Source: Octopus bimaculoides
Lineage: Eukaryota
DNA length: 64,000 nt
Assembly: GCF_001194135.2 (NCBI RefSeq)
Contig: NC_068981.1
Span: forward strand, 130,112,429-130,176,428
Reading direction: 5' to 3'
Part shown: one piece after another, positions 54,096-64,000 of the stretch
Layout: each line of letters opens with the position of its first letter
How positions within the stretch are numbered: position 1 is the stretch's first letter
Translations under genes and position numbers: made by a program
Notes under the pieces: generated by a model
Database searches by the model: none
What the model saw: the letters and a program-made list of their open reading frames with translations, nothing else
What the model was told of the DNA's origin: nothing

Positions 54096-54490
54096 TATAG
54101 GTGCAGGAGTGGCTGTGTGGTAAGTAGCTTGCTCACCAACCACATGGTTCCGGGTTCATTCCCACTGCATGGCACTTTGGGCAAGTGTCTTCTACTATAG
54201 CCTCGGGCCGACCAATGCCTTGTGAGTGGATTTGGTAGACGGAAACTGAAAGAAGCCCATCGTATATATGTGTGTGTGTGTATATGTTTGTGTTTGTCCC
54301 CCCAGCATCGCTTGACAACCGATGGTGGTGTGTTTACGTCCCCATAACTTAGCGGTTCAGCAAAAGAGACCGATATAATAAGTACTAGGCTTCCAAAGAC
54401 TAAGTCCTGGGGTCGATTTGCTCGACTAAAAGGCGGTGCTCCAGCATGGCTGCAGTCAAATGACTGAAACAAGTAAAAGAGTAAAAGAGA
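54096..54490 (+). mobile_element. SINE family A
   Basis: Full-length copy. Confidence 0.9.
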
Positions 54491-54676
54491 GTAGGTGTAA
54501 TTACCAATGTCATGAGGGTAATAGGTGCGAGATGCTGGTGGCTGAGTTGGGTTCTGGCTGCATATAATGAATGCATAACACCCATGAACAATTAATTTTA
54601 TTTCACTGCACAAATATTTTCCACATCGGTCTTGAATTAAAAATGCTACCAAGTTTACACACAGGAAGGACAATTC

Positions 54677-55019
54677 TGTAGTTATTACAAATAGTTAATT
54701 AAAAAACTCTATAAAGAAACTGTTACTATAAGATAAGTCACATTGGGTTCAAGATTGCAAACTAGGTTGAGTAAAGAGTCACTAAAACGACTGTTGAGAG
54801 CAGCAAAATGAGAATGTAGTAAGCTTAGCTGCGGGCGCCCAAGGCATGCCTATTTATAAGCCTTGTTGGGGAATGTTCTTGAGACTTCTAGAAAGATTCA
54901 TCACATGAGGTCTTGATGCTGATTGGTCTATAACTTGGCCAATCACAAGATAAAGCTGTTACTAAGCCATGGTTTTAACTTGGCAATTTGTTGATCCAGT
55001 TTCGAATTTGGTACATACA
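54677..55019 (-). mobile_element. LTR of a second, unrelated LTR element
   Basis: TG...CA termini; CCAAT motifs and TATAAA on the minus strand; preceded on the minus strand by purine-rich AAAAAAGTGGGA; no TSD. Confidence 0.55.
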
Positions 55020-55217
55020 CCAATCCCACTTTTTTAACCAAAAGATGAGAGTTTGCATTCATATTCTTCAGTGTTTTGCAAGTTAAAGTTTGAAAAAGAA
55101 TCTTAATTTTATTAAAAACATAATTTGTCCACCCCTTTTCAGTCTTCTCAACTTGAGGTAGAGGCTGGCCCCATCCTTATGGGTACTGTGTTAATGCAAA
55201 GTTTCTCAAATCAGGTT

Positions 55218-56860
55218 AATGATACCAAATGCATTTACAGCACTACTGATTTGATTGCTTGGCTATGAAATTCAAAATGGTAACTTGAAACCTGACCCTG
55301 ACCAGGTAAAACCCTTACTAGAGCTACCTATTCCTAATACCCACAAAGCATTGAGTTGAATTGTTGGTCTATTTGCATATTATTCTAAATGGATTCCAAA
55401 ATTCTGACAAGATAAAACCGTTGGTTGATACTAAATATTTTCCTTTGAGTAAACTAGCCTTGTCAAGTTTAAAAACTTTACGAGACGATTTAGCAAACGC
55501 TACCTTAAAAGTGATTGACGAAAGCCTTCCTTTCTCAATAGAAACAGACGCATCGGAGGTAGCTATATCTGGCATTTTACACCAAAATGGAAAGCCAGTT
55601 GCATTTTTTTCAAGAAGACTCAACCCAAATGAGTGTTGTTATTCTTGTATTGAAAAAGAGGCAACAGCAATTGTGGAATCTGTGAGAAAATGGTTTCATT
55701 TTCTTCTTGGACGTAACTTCACACTAATAACTGATCAAAACAGTGTGGCTTTTATGTTTGTCAAAAGTGCAGTAAACTTAAAAACAAAAAGATAATGCGT
55801 TGGCGAATCGAACTAGCGTAGTATAAATTTGATATCATTTACCGCCAAAGCAAGTTTACTGCTGCATCTGATGCTTTATCATGTATTTATTGCACAGCTA
55901 TGACTGATAATGAACTGTATTGTATTCATGCAGCGCTGTGTCATCCTGGGATCACACGATTGTTTCATTATATCAAAGTTAAGAATTTACCTTACTCTGT
56001 AGATGTAAAGCGTATAACTAACAATTGTGTAATACGTTGTTGTGAGGTGAAACCTCACTTTACTAAAAGTGCTATTTCATCAGTAATTAAATCTATTCAA
56101 GCTTTTGAAAGATTGAGTGTTGATTTTAAAGGACCCCTACCTTCAGTGTCAAAGAACCATTATTTTTTTAACTGTTGTGGATGAGTATTCACATTTTTTG
56201 TTCATTTTTCCATGTACTGATACTAATGCTCATTCCGTTATTAGTAATTTGAAGGTTTTGTTTAATCTTTTCGGATTTCCTGCTGTTATTCATAGTGATA
56301 ATGCTAAATGTTTTGTATCTAAAGAACTTAATTTCTGTATGATAGGGGTATAGCGATTACTCATTCTACTGTATACAATCCTCATGGAAATGTTCAGTGT
56401 GAAAGGTATAATGGACTAATATGGAATTCCATTAAATTGGCCTTACGTAACAGAATTTACCAGTTTCTCAATGAGAAGTCGTGCTTCCAGAAGTTTTACA
56501 TTCACAATGTTCATTATTATGCACGGCAACTAATGAGACCCCGCATGAGAGATTCTTCAAATTTCCTAGATATTCTATGTGTGGTGTTTCCGTTCCTACT
56601 TGGTTAATGCAAGGACCTGACAAAGTGTTTGTTAAACAACGTGTATGCAATAAGTATGATCCGTTAGTAGATTAAGCCCAATTGGTACAAATTAACCCTA
56701 ACTACAGGAGGGTGCAGTACCCAAATGGACGTGAAAGTACTGTGTCCATTAGAGATTTAGCTCCTACTGGCAAAGCGACTGAGGAGTATCAGTTAAGTAA
56801 GGATCAAACTGATGTTGCTGACACTGATCCTACTCAAGTGCATGAACAGATACCATGATT
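55218..56860 (+). pseudogene. pol: Decayed Ty3/Gypsy pol (RT C-terminus, RNase H, integrase), 5'-truncated, with multiple stops and frameshifts
   Basis: Translated motifs LLGYEIQNGNLKPDPDQVKPL, ETDASEVAISGIL...PVAFFSRRL, IEKEATAIV...FTLITDQ (RNase H), ALCHPGITRL...C..C, ERLSVDFKGPLP, IHSDNAKCF (integrase). Order is RT-RH-INT. Confidence 0.93.
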
Positions 56861-57066
56861 GATTCTGTCCCATCTCCACCAGCTCAAAAACCAGAATCTC
56901 AAACTACTTTGCACTGGTGTTCATCCAGAACAAAAAAGTTCCTGATAGGTTAAATTTATGATTGATGATATGTTACACTTATGAAATGCCTCATTATTAC
57001 GTTGTTGTGATTGGCTAATGGTTACGTTTGTATTTTGCATTTTGATGGTTAATTGTTCTTTTTTTT

Positions 57067-57262
57067 AGGGGGAAAATGTTGTGATTTTAGTTTTGATCAC
57101 GTGATTTTGATTGTCTCAATTGCTGTTATATGCCTGTAGTGCAACTGCGCAGAGCTCTGTTCTGTTTGCAGCACAACGTGTTCAGTGTTAGTTTTTAGTT
57201 AGTCGAGACTGTAGCAACTCATTTCATAAAACTTATTGCGTTGGAGTTTGGTTTCACTTACA
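57067..57262 (+). mobile_element. Polypurine tract and 3' LTR of the Gypsy element
   Basis: AGGGGGAAAA (57067-57076) directly followed by TGTTGTGA...CTTACA (about 186 bp, TG...CA). No matching 5' LTR in the window. Confidence 0.7.
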
Positions 57263-57693
57263 ATTTAGCAATCTTTGTTTGTATTGTAGATTGCTAAATT
57301 TTTAGTCGATTAAAACCTTTTAAACTTTGATATTCCCGTTTGGGTTTATAACAGTGAGAAAAAGAGATTTTTCAGGCTACTTTCTCACACAATCCGCTTA
57401 TTTCGAAAAATTTGAGATCATTTGCTGGTACCAGTGAAAACGAAAGTATTTACCGTTCAGAAACAAGTTTTCTCCAGGTCAAAAACGTGTTTCTCTGTAG
57501 GCAACAATCGAAAGCTTTATGAAATTCAATATAAATTGTAAATACATTTAAATAATTGTTCAATGCAACCAACAAGTTCAACGATGTCACCACTATTCCA
57601 AACTAAGCTAGACTTTTAATACAACTGTAGCAGAAGTGATTTACGCTGTCATGAGTGAGATGTTTTAGTTTTGAGTTGTCTACGCTTAAATAC

Positions 57694-57826
57694 CTGGATA
57701 TCGGCTCCACAAGCCTTTTCGTTCCAACAGGTCACAGGAACTTGTGATTAGACGAGCTTGTTGTTTGTATTGGTCGGTTTCCAGACGTCCAATCGTGTTG
57801 GCGGAACAGTTTGTTTTTCCTGACAT
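57694..57826 (-). CDS. Candidate first coding exon (MSGKTNCSANTIGRLETDQYKQQARLITSSCDLLERKGLWSRYP+G, phase 1) of an unidentified gene
   Basis: ATG with an in-frame upstream TAA, 44 open codons plus 1 nt, then CAG|GTATTT donor. Lies in an exon starting at acceptor ataacag| (58073), in CpG-rich unique sequence. Product not recognised. Confidence 0.55.
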
Positions 57827-58073
57827 GGGAAATTAATCACCAGCTGCAGGAGTCTACTGATCTTTATAAGAACGGCAGTTCTCGACTACCCTTTGCCTTT
57901 GGCACACGCAACTAGTCTCTTTTAACGATGTATCTGACACCAGCCAGTCTACGCTTTCATCTACACCAGACACCTGCCTACGCCGTTGCTGTATGAACAT
58001 CACACAACAGACCATAAACAATTCGTCGACAGTCCAGTCGAACCACGAAGTCTCTCACACACTTCGTAGTAAC

Positions 58074-58143
58074 CTGTTATAGTCATTTTATTTCATGTAT
58101 GGCAATCATTGTATTTTATAAAGGAGAATAAATCGTCGCTTAC
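58074..58143 (-). other. Candidate 70-nt intron in the 5' leader
   Basis: CTG|GTAAGC ... tgactataacag|GTT; it joins a leader exon to the exon carrying the 57826 ATG. Confidence 0.45.
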
Positions 58144-58863
58144 CAGTTCATTTTCACATTCTTATTACCCATCTTCATTATACAACATTGTGCATAATTC
58201 GCGGCAGCAGTTCTTGTCATCACCCGAATATTATTACTTACACGCTATGTCATACGGCAAATACTACACGAGATCGATGACATACACAAAAGAATAAATG
58301 TAACTGTTTGTCACTTAATAGTTTTATATGGTAGGAGAAACATTATTTGGCCTGGAAAACGCTTGTTTTTCACTAAGTAAATAACTTTCACGTTTATGCT
58401 GCTCGGGAAACAAAGAAGTGCTCAATTTGGGTGTGGGGTTTTTTGGGGAGTGGGGAATATTACGAAATTGATCCAGCAATCTTGTCTGACATGGTTTCAG
58501 TTTTTGCAGGAGATAATGTTGTAGCAAGTGTACTGGAGAGAATATTTAAAATGGGTGTTGTTATTAAACGATATATTCTGAGTGTTGCTGCTCTGGCAAA
58601 ATGTCAGTAATGCTAAAACAAAATAAACAAAACTACAAAAGCAACAACAGGGACAATCAAATAATCAGGCAGTCCTAGCTTCCTGCTATTCATTCTTTCC
58701 AATCGTATCAGCAATATCTTCAAATTGTATGTCAACAGTTTTCTTTGATAACCACCACAAAAGCTAATACAGACAACATTGTTCAACCAAAGTAGAGAGG
58801 GGGAGAGAGAAAAAAAAACCCACTTACACAGTATAGAAAATATCTGAAGATTTTTAAACTTAC

Positions 58864-58893
58864 GTCCCAATAACAGCTTTACGTTTGTCTACA
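58864..58893 (-). other. Candidate 30-nt non-coding leader exon
   Basis: Strong acceptor ttttttctctcttcaattcag| and donor GAC|GTAAGT. Confidence 0.45.
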
Positions 58894-59282
58894 CTGAATT
58901 GAAGAGAGAAAAAAACAGAACAGTTGTGTCTAAATATATCTTAGGTTCAATGCCTCGATGATATTCTAGAAATTGCTACGCTAACAGCATAAAATCGTAC
59001 ATTCTAGTTTCTCTCTCACACATAAACACACACAAATGTGCTTGCTAGAATAACAAAATTGATATAGATTTGTGGTGCAATTGTGTAGTTTAGTCCTTGG
59101 TCAGCTCTTATCAAGCACATTTATAATCAAAAGGCATTCCAGTTGCGACCATCCTATCTTTGTTTTTCAGTATCTGCGAAACCTCATTATCCCATGTGTG
59201 AAATCACCCGTTATCTAAAGACGTTAAGGGCGTAATTTGAAAGCGTCTCTGCCTATTGCTATTCCAGCATCACTAACTATAC

Positions 59283-59750
59283 CTGCTTAAAGGCTCCCTC
59301 GATGACTCGTTTAGAGTCAGTTGGGCAATCTTACGGTACGAGTCCAAAATATCGGCCTTTTCCGTAAGGAGTGTCTTCGGCGATCTTTACCAAAGATCGG
59401 CTTTTTCCGTAACACCCAATGGGCCGATATTTTGGACTCGTACCGTAAGATCGCCGTCAGTTGTTCTTGTTCAGCCCCAGAGCAGCCCAGATCGAGCAGA
59501 CTAAAGGCCAAAGACGCTCCATCCATACAAACCCGTTTTATATTCAGATACAATATATTTGAAACTCGATTTATCGAATATGTCTTCTTTTGTAAAGCTG
59601 CTCTTTCCCGTTGTTGCCGTGCAGAATCAGCTCTTATGGGTAGAGGGGAACGAGCACTAAGATATCAATTTTCAGATATTTCTATGATTGCAAGCATTGT
59701 TCAGAGATGCAAGTCACTCCGGGATCTAAATTTCTTCAGCTTTATATAAT
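59283..59750 (-). promoter_or_regulatory. Candidate TATA promoter and first leader exon
   Basis: TATATAAA on the minus strand at 59741-59748, CpG-containing leader, donor CAG|GTATAG at 59283/59282. Confidence 0.3.
59324..59455. mobile_element. Young 132-bp Merlin-like MITE
   Basis: 34-bp TIRs with 1 mismatch starting GGC(A/G)ATC; perfect 8-bp TSD GTCAGTTG (59316-59323 and 59456-59463). Confidence 0.85.
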
Positions 59751-60130
59751 TAAAGTAGGAGCACAAAAGTATCTACACTGAGACTGTCTATCTTCAGTGA
59801 TGTGACACCCTTTCGTCATTTCTAAAAAAGAACCACTCACATTTGTTATTCCTTTTTTGTACATCCATTTTATAAGTGTTTGTTCTTAATGCTTTCGTTA
59901 ATGAATTTAGTCAAACCTTTGATAGATAATTGTATTCAGCACAAATCACGGACTTTCTCAAATTATAGCCATTAGTCTTACTAAGATGCTCTCGTGTCTA
60001 TGAGCAGTCCACACTATTCGTTCAAAGTTCAGTATTTTACATTCAAACATTAATGATTAATTCCATTCAGAAAGCTCGATCTTATATACCTCCCGTTTAC
60101 AGAAATCTCAAGCTAGCTCCATGCAGTTTT

Positions 60131-60131
60131 T

Positions 60132-60196
<65 letters not shown>

Positions 60197-60971
60197 NNNN
60201 NNNNNNNNNNNNNNNNNNNNNNNNNNNNNNNNNNNNNNNNNNNNNNNNNNNNNNNNNNNNNNNNNNNNNNNNNNNNNNNNNNNNNNNNNNNNNNNNNNNN
60301 NNNNNNNNNNNNNNNNNNNNNNNNNNNNNNNNNNNNNNNNNNNNNNNNNNNNNNNNNNNNNNNNNNNNNNNNNNNNNNNNNNNNNNNNNNNNNNNNNNNN
60401 NNNNNNNNNNNNNNNNNNNNNNNNNNNNNNNNNNNNNNNNNNNNNNNNNNNNNNNNNNNNNNNNNNNNNNNNNNNNNNNNNNNNNNNNNNNNNNNNNNNN
60501 NNNNNNNNNNNNNNNNNNNNNNNNNNNNNNNNNNNNNNNNNNNNNNNNNNNNNNNNNNNNNNNNNNNNNNNNNNNNNNNNNNNNNNNNNNNNNNNNNNNN
60601 NNNNNNNNNNNNNNNNNNNNNNNNNNNNNNNNNNNNNNNNNNNNNNNNNNNNNNNNNNNNNNNNNNNNNNNNNNNNNNNNNNNNNNNNNNNNNNNNNNNN
60701 NNNNNNNNNNNNNNNNNNNNNNNNNNNNNNNNNNNNNNNNNNNNNNNNNNNNNNNNNNNNNNNNNNNNNNNNNNNNNNNNNNNNNNNNNNNNNNNNNNNN
60801 NNNNNNNNNNNNNNNNNNNNNNNNNNNNNNNNNNNNNNNNNNNNNNNNNNNNNNNNNNNNNNNNNNNNNNNNNNNNNNNNNNNNNNNNNNNNNNNNNNNN
60901 NNNNNNNNNNNNNNNNNNNNNNNNNNNNNNNNNNNNNNNNNNNNNNNNNNNNNNNNNNNNNNNNNNNNNNN
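60131..60971. repeat. (GA)n followed by assembly gap 60197-60971
   Basis: Direct reading. Other gaps: 9682-9909, 35876-36135, 39795-39804. Confidence 0.95.
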
Positions 60972-61107
60972 CAGTCATCTATCGCAGCAAGACGTTTGCT
61001 GCAAGCGAAATTGAATAAACAGTTAATGATTTAACATATGTGGCTGATAGGATGTAATAAGTTATATTGTGACATTCATCAGGAAAAAAAAAAAAAGAAA
61101 AGAAATT

Positions 61108-61421
61108 GGCTCTCCGTCGGTTACGACGAAGGGGGTTCCAGTTGATCCGATCAACAGAACAGCCTGCACACAACATTAATGTGCGTGCAAGTGGCTGAAC
61201 ATTCTTCAGACCTTTAACGTAGTTTTGAGGGAAATTTAACGAAACAGAATGTGACAAGGTTGGTCCTTTGAAATACAGGTACGACTCATTTTTGCCAGCT
61301 GAGTGGACTGGAGCAACGTGAAGTGTGTCTTGCTCAAGGCTACAACGCACCGCCGGGAATCTAACTCACGACCTTACGGTCATAAGACGAAAACCCAAAC
61401 CACTAAACCACGCGCCTTCAC
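61108..61421 (-). mobile_element. tRNA-derived SINE related to family E
   Basis: Shares the tail CCGTCG.TTACGACG...GTTCCAGTT; head GTGAAGGCGCGTGG.TTAGTGG. A decayed + strand relative is at about 44325-44690. Confidence 0.8.
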
Positions 61422-61479
61422 TGATATTCATATATTCTTCTACGATACAAGCAACATAATTGAAAATAAGAAAAATTAG

Positions 61480-61540
61480 GGTAATTTTTCAGATTAACAC
61501 CCTAGTGAAAATCGTGCGGGTGTTAATCTGAAAAATTACC
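61480..61540. mobile_element. 61-bp Merlin-like mini-MITE
   Basis: Perfect 22-bp TIRs GGTAATTTTTCAGATTAACACC; flanks AAAATTAG and AAAATGAG (7/8 match). Confidence 0.55.
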
Positions 61541-62596
61541 AAAATGAGGTTTCAAATTTTGTTCACCGAAAACTTAAGACTACAAAGGATGATCTCGGGA
61601 AAAATTACCAAGTCATTCGATAAAAACAAAAAAATAAAGATTATATAAAGAAAAAATATCTGTGAATATAATGAAGTAAATGTTTCTATCACTCCTTTGA
61701 ATTCGACATGAACTAGCTACAAGTAATTTCAAGTAAAATCGACTGTACGATAACATTTGACTGGTCTTGTTATCTGAGTGGATGACATGTGAAAAATATT
61801 AATTATCGTGAGAAAGAGGAGATTGAACATCCTGAAGTAACCCAGGTAAACGGGAATACTATCGGCGGCAACTATATGTAAAAAAGGAGAAAAAAAAAAT
61901 GATAATCACCATTGCCACCCACTAACAACAGTCGGTGACGAAGTCAGACAACTGCAAACATAATATAGATATTTAGGGAGATTAAGGTAAGTTTTTATCT
62001 TTGTGAACGAGGGGGTTTGTTTTAAGACAGAGGGAAAGAGAGTGGGTGGGGGTGTGCGCGTACAAAATTAGATGGGAAATGTTATCGAGCCAAATCAAAT
62101 ACAATAACGGAATAAACAACTACTCCATCGAGCTAACGAGGGACCCACAATGGGGTCGCTTGACTGTAACAGAAACAGCAGGCGACGATCTTTTGTCTTA
62201 GGTACATATATTGGGTGGGGGGGGGACTAAAACTGAACTTAGACAATCCGGGAAAATACAAAAATAGATTTGGATTTCTCAAGTGTGCGGTATGAATATG
62301 TAAAAGATTAAAAGTTACATATTGTCATTACATGCAAATAAATTAATATTTTCTACTGTTAAACCTTTTCAAATTTATTTTTTTATAACGTCTTATGAAC
62401 ATTTCCAGTTTTATAATTATCATTATAACTATTCAGAGGTTGGACGGATAGACAGATAAAAAGACTGATAGATACGTAGATAGGGCCTACTAGTGGCGTG
62501 TGATTTGTGTATAGCCTTGTTGCTAATTTTGGGGTTGGTTTATTTTTCTGGTAATCTTTTTTGTTACCATTTGTGTGACAGTACAATTATTTTATT

Positions 62597-62960
62597 TACT
62601 CTTTTACTTGTTTCAGTCATTTGACTGTGGCCATGCTGGAGCACCGCCTTTAGTCGAGCAAATCGACCCCAGGACTTATTCGGTCCCTTTTGCCGAATCG
62701 CTAAGTTACGGGGACGTAAACACACCAGCATCGGTTGTCAAGCGAAGTTGGGGGAACAAACACAGACACACAAACATATACACACACATATGTATATATA
62801 CATATATACGACGGGCTTCTTTCAGTTTCCGTCTACCAATAACACTCACAAGGCTTTGGTCGGCCCGAGACTATAGTAGAAGACACTTCCCCAAGGTGTC
62901 ACGCAGCGGGACTGAACCCGGAACCATGTGGTTGGTAAGCCAACTACTTACCACACAGCC
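62597..62960 (-). mobile_element. SINE family A, CpG-intact copy
   Basis: Near-full-length; retains CpGs that have decayed in other copies. Confidence 0.9.
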
Positions 62961-63627
62961 GAAGTTCCTTTAACAACTTCGTCATTAAAGTTGAAACGAA
63001 AGTGCTGCTACTAAATAAGTTACACGTTTTAATAAATGAAAGTAAAAATACGGGTTATTTATTTACATATTCATTCCACATATTCAGGATACCAAAGTCT
63101 ATTTTTGTATTTTCCCGGATTATTTAGTTTCATTTTTATTTCAGCGGATATATGTACCTAGAACCAAAGATCGGTCAATATCTGAAAATAAAAGATGGTC
63201 ATGACTAAAATACTTTGGGCATAAATCTGTTCAGTCTGAACAGCCCTGGGCTAAACAACAAATACTCTGCAGCAGTTATTATTCTTATTTATGGAAAGAT
63301 GAAGTTGACCCTGGCGAAAATTTCAATTTAGCATGTAGGTCATTACTACTCTCTATCGTTTCTGCACGCAAAAACCTCTTCCCATGCGTCCTTAGTCACA
63401 CAAAAATGTGATAAATATATTTTTGCATACCATTTAATGTATGTTGAAAGTATCAATGTATTAAATTATATATAATGAATCCTGTGCGTTATTGTATGTA
63501 AGCTTTTACAAGGAAAAACGTTGACACTGACTTCGAGGCTTCGGCTTAAAAGTTACTGCCAACCTTTTCCTAATAAAAATTACACTCAAACGTATTATTG
63601 AATAATCCATCACTCATTAGATTGCTT

Positions 63628-63776
63628 GGATCCTACTGATTTGGCGGACACCATTTTTTATTTAGTGTTTACCGAAACACTTTAAAGCATCTTTATAAGA
63701 CACATTCTACCAGTGTCCCAAGTTTGAAAGTGTTTCGTTAAGAAAACAAGTGGTGTCCGCCAAATCAGAAAGATCC
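63628..63776. mobile_element. 149-bp MITE with GG ends and 8-bp TSD
   Basis: TIRs GGATC..CTGATTTGGCGGACACCA; flanks GATTGCTT and GATTGTTT (7/8 match). Confidence 0.65.
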
Positions 63777-64000
63777 GATTGTTTTTATATATAGCTGATC
63801 TGCAACCAAAAAATTGTTTCACGTTTATTAGTTGAAATTGCTCGGTTTTTATCGGCTGATTTTAAAAAATTGCATAGAAATTATACTATCACGTACAGCT
63901 TCTTCATGCATTTTATCAATATGTCCAAATTTGACTATTGCTTTTTCTTATTACTCCTAATTGCCATATTTAAATAGACCATAGCTAATAGGTGTAATTT

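Noticed and set aside
54065-54673. 202-aa ORF and similar ORFs at 11.9, 22.0, 35.2, 51.5 and 62.6 kb
   Set aside because: Chance open frames in the antisense or sense of SINE family A.
60121-61014. Long ORFs at 60.1-61.0, 35.7-36.2, 26.9-27.3 and 9.65-10.0 kb
   Set aside because: They run through N-gaps and microsatellites.

Overview
AT-rich, repeat-dense animal genomic DNA with six N-gaps. The SINE families point to a coleoid cephalopod, most likely Octopus (inferred from recalled repeat families, not a database search). There is no long intact ORF; almost all ORFs in the supplied track are microsatellite, SINE or gap artefacts. The window looks like the 5' end and very long first intron(s) of a minus-strand gene. 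It has a CpG-retaining promoter/leader region at about 57.3-64 kb and several candidate ATG-initiated first coding exons (57.8, 42.4, 24.1, 9.6 kb, weakly 14.1 kb), all ending in phase-1 splice donors. The shared downstream exons are not identifiable here and probably lie left of position 1. The rest is mobile DNA: several tRNA-derived SINE families, a decayed Gypsy pol with 3' LTR fused back-to-back to a second LTR, CRE-, RTE-, CR1/L2- and Penelope-like fragments, and many MITE/foldback elements. The most unusual items are (i) a tRNA-headed SINE whose tail carries a Penelope-type minimal hammerhead ribozyme motif and an inverted tail copy within one TSD, (ii) the phase-1 first-exon array, and (iii) three different GG-ended, 8-bp-TSD (Merlin-like) MITEs clustered at the promoter. 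All alignments were made by eye, and the boundaries of old repeats are approximate.
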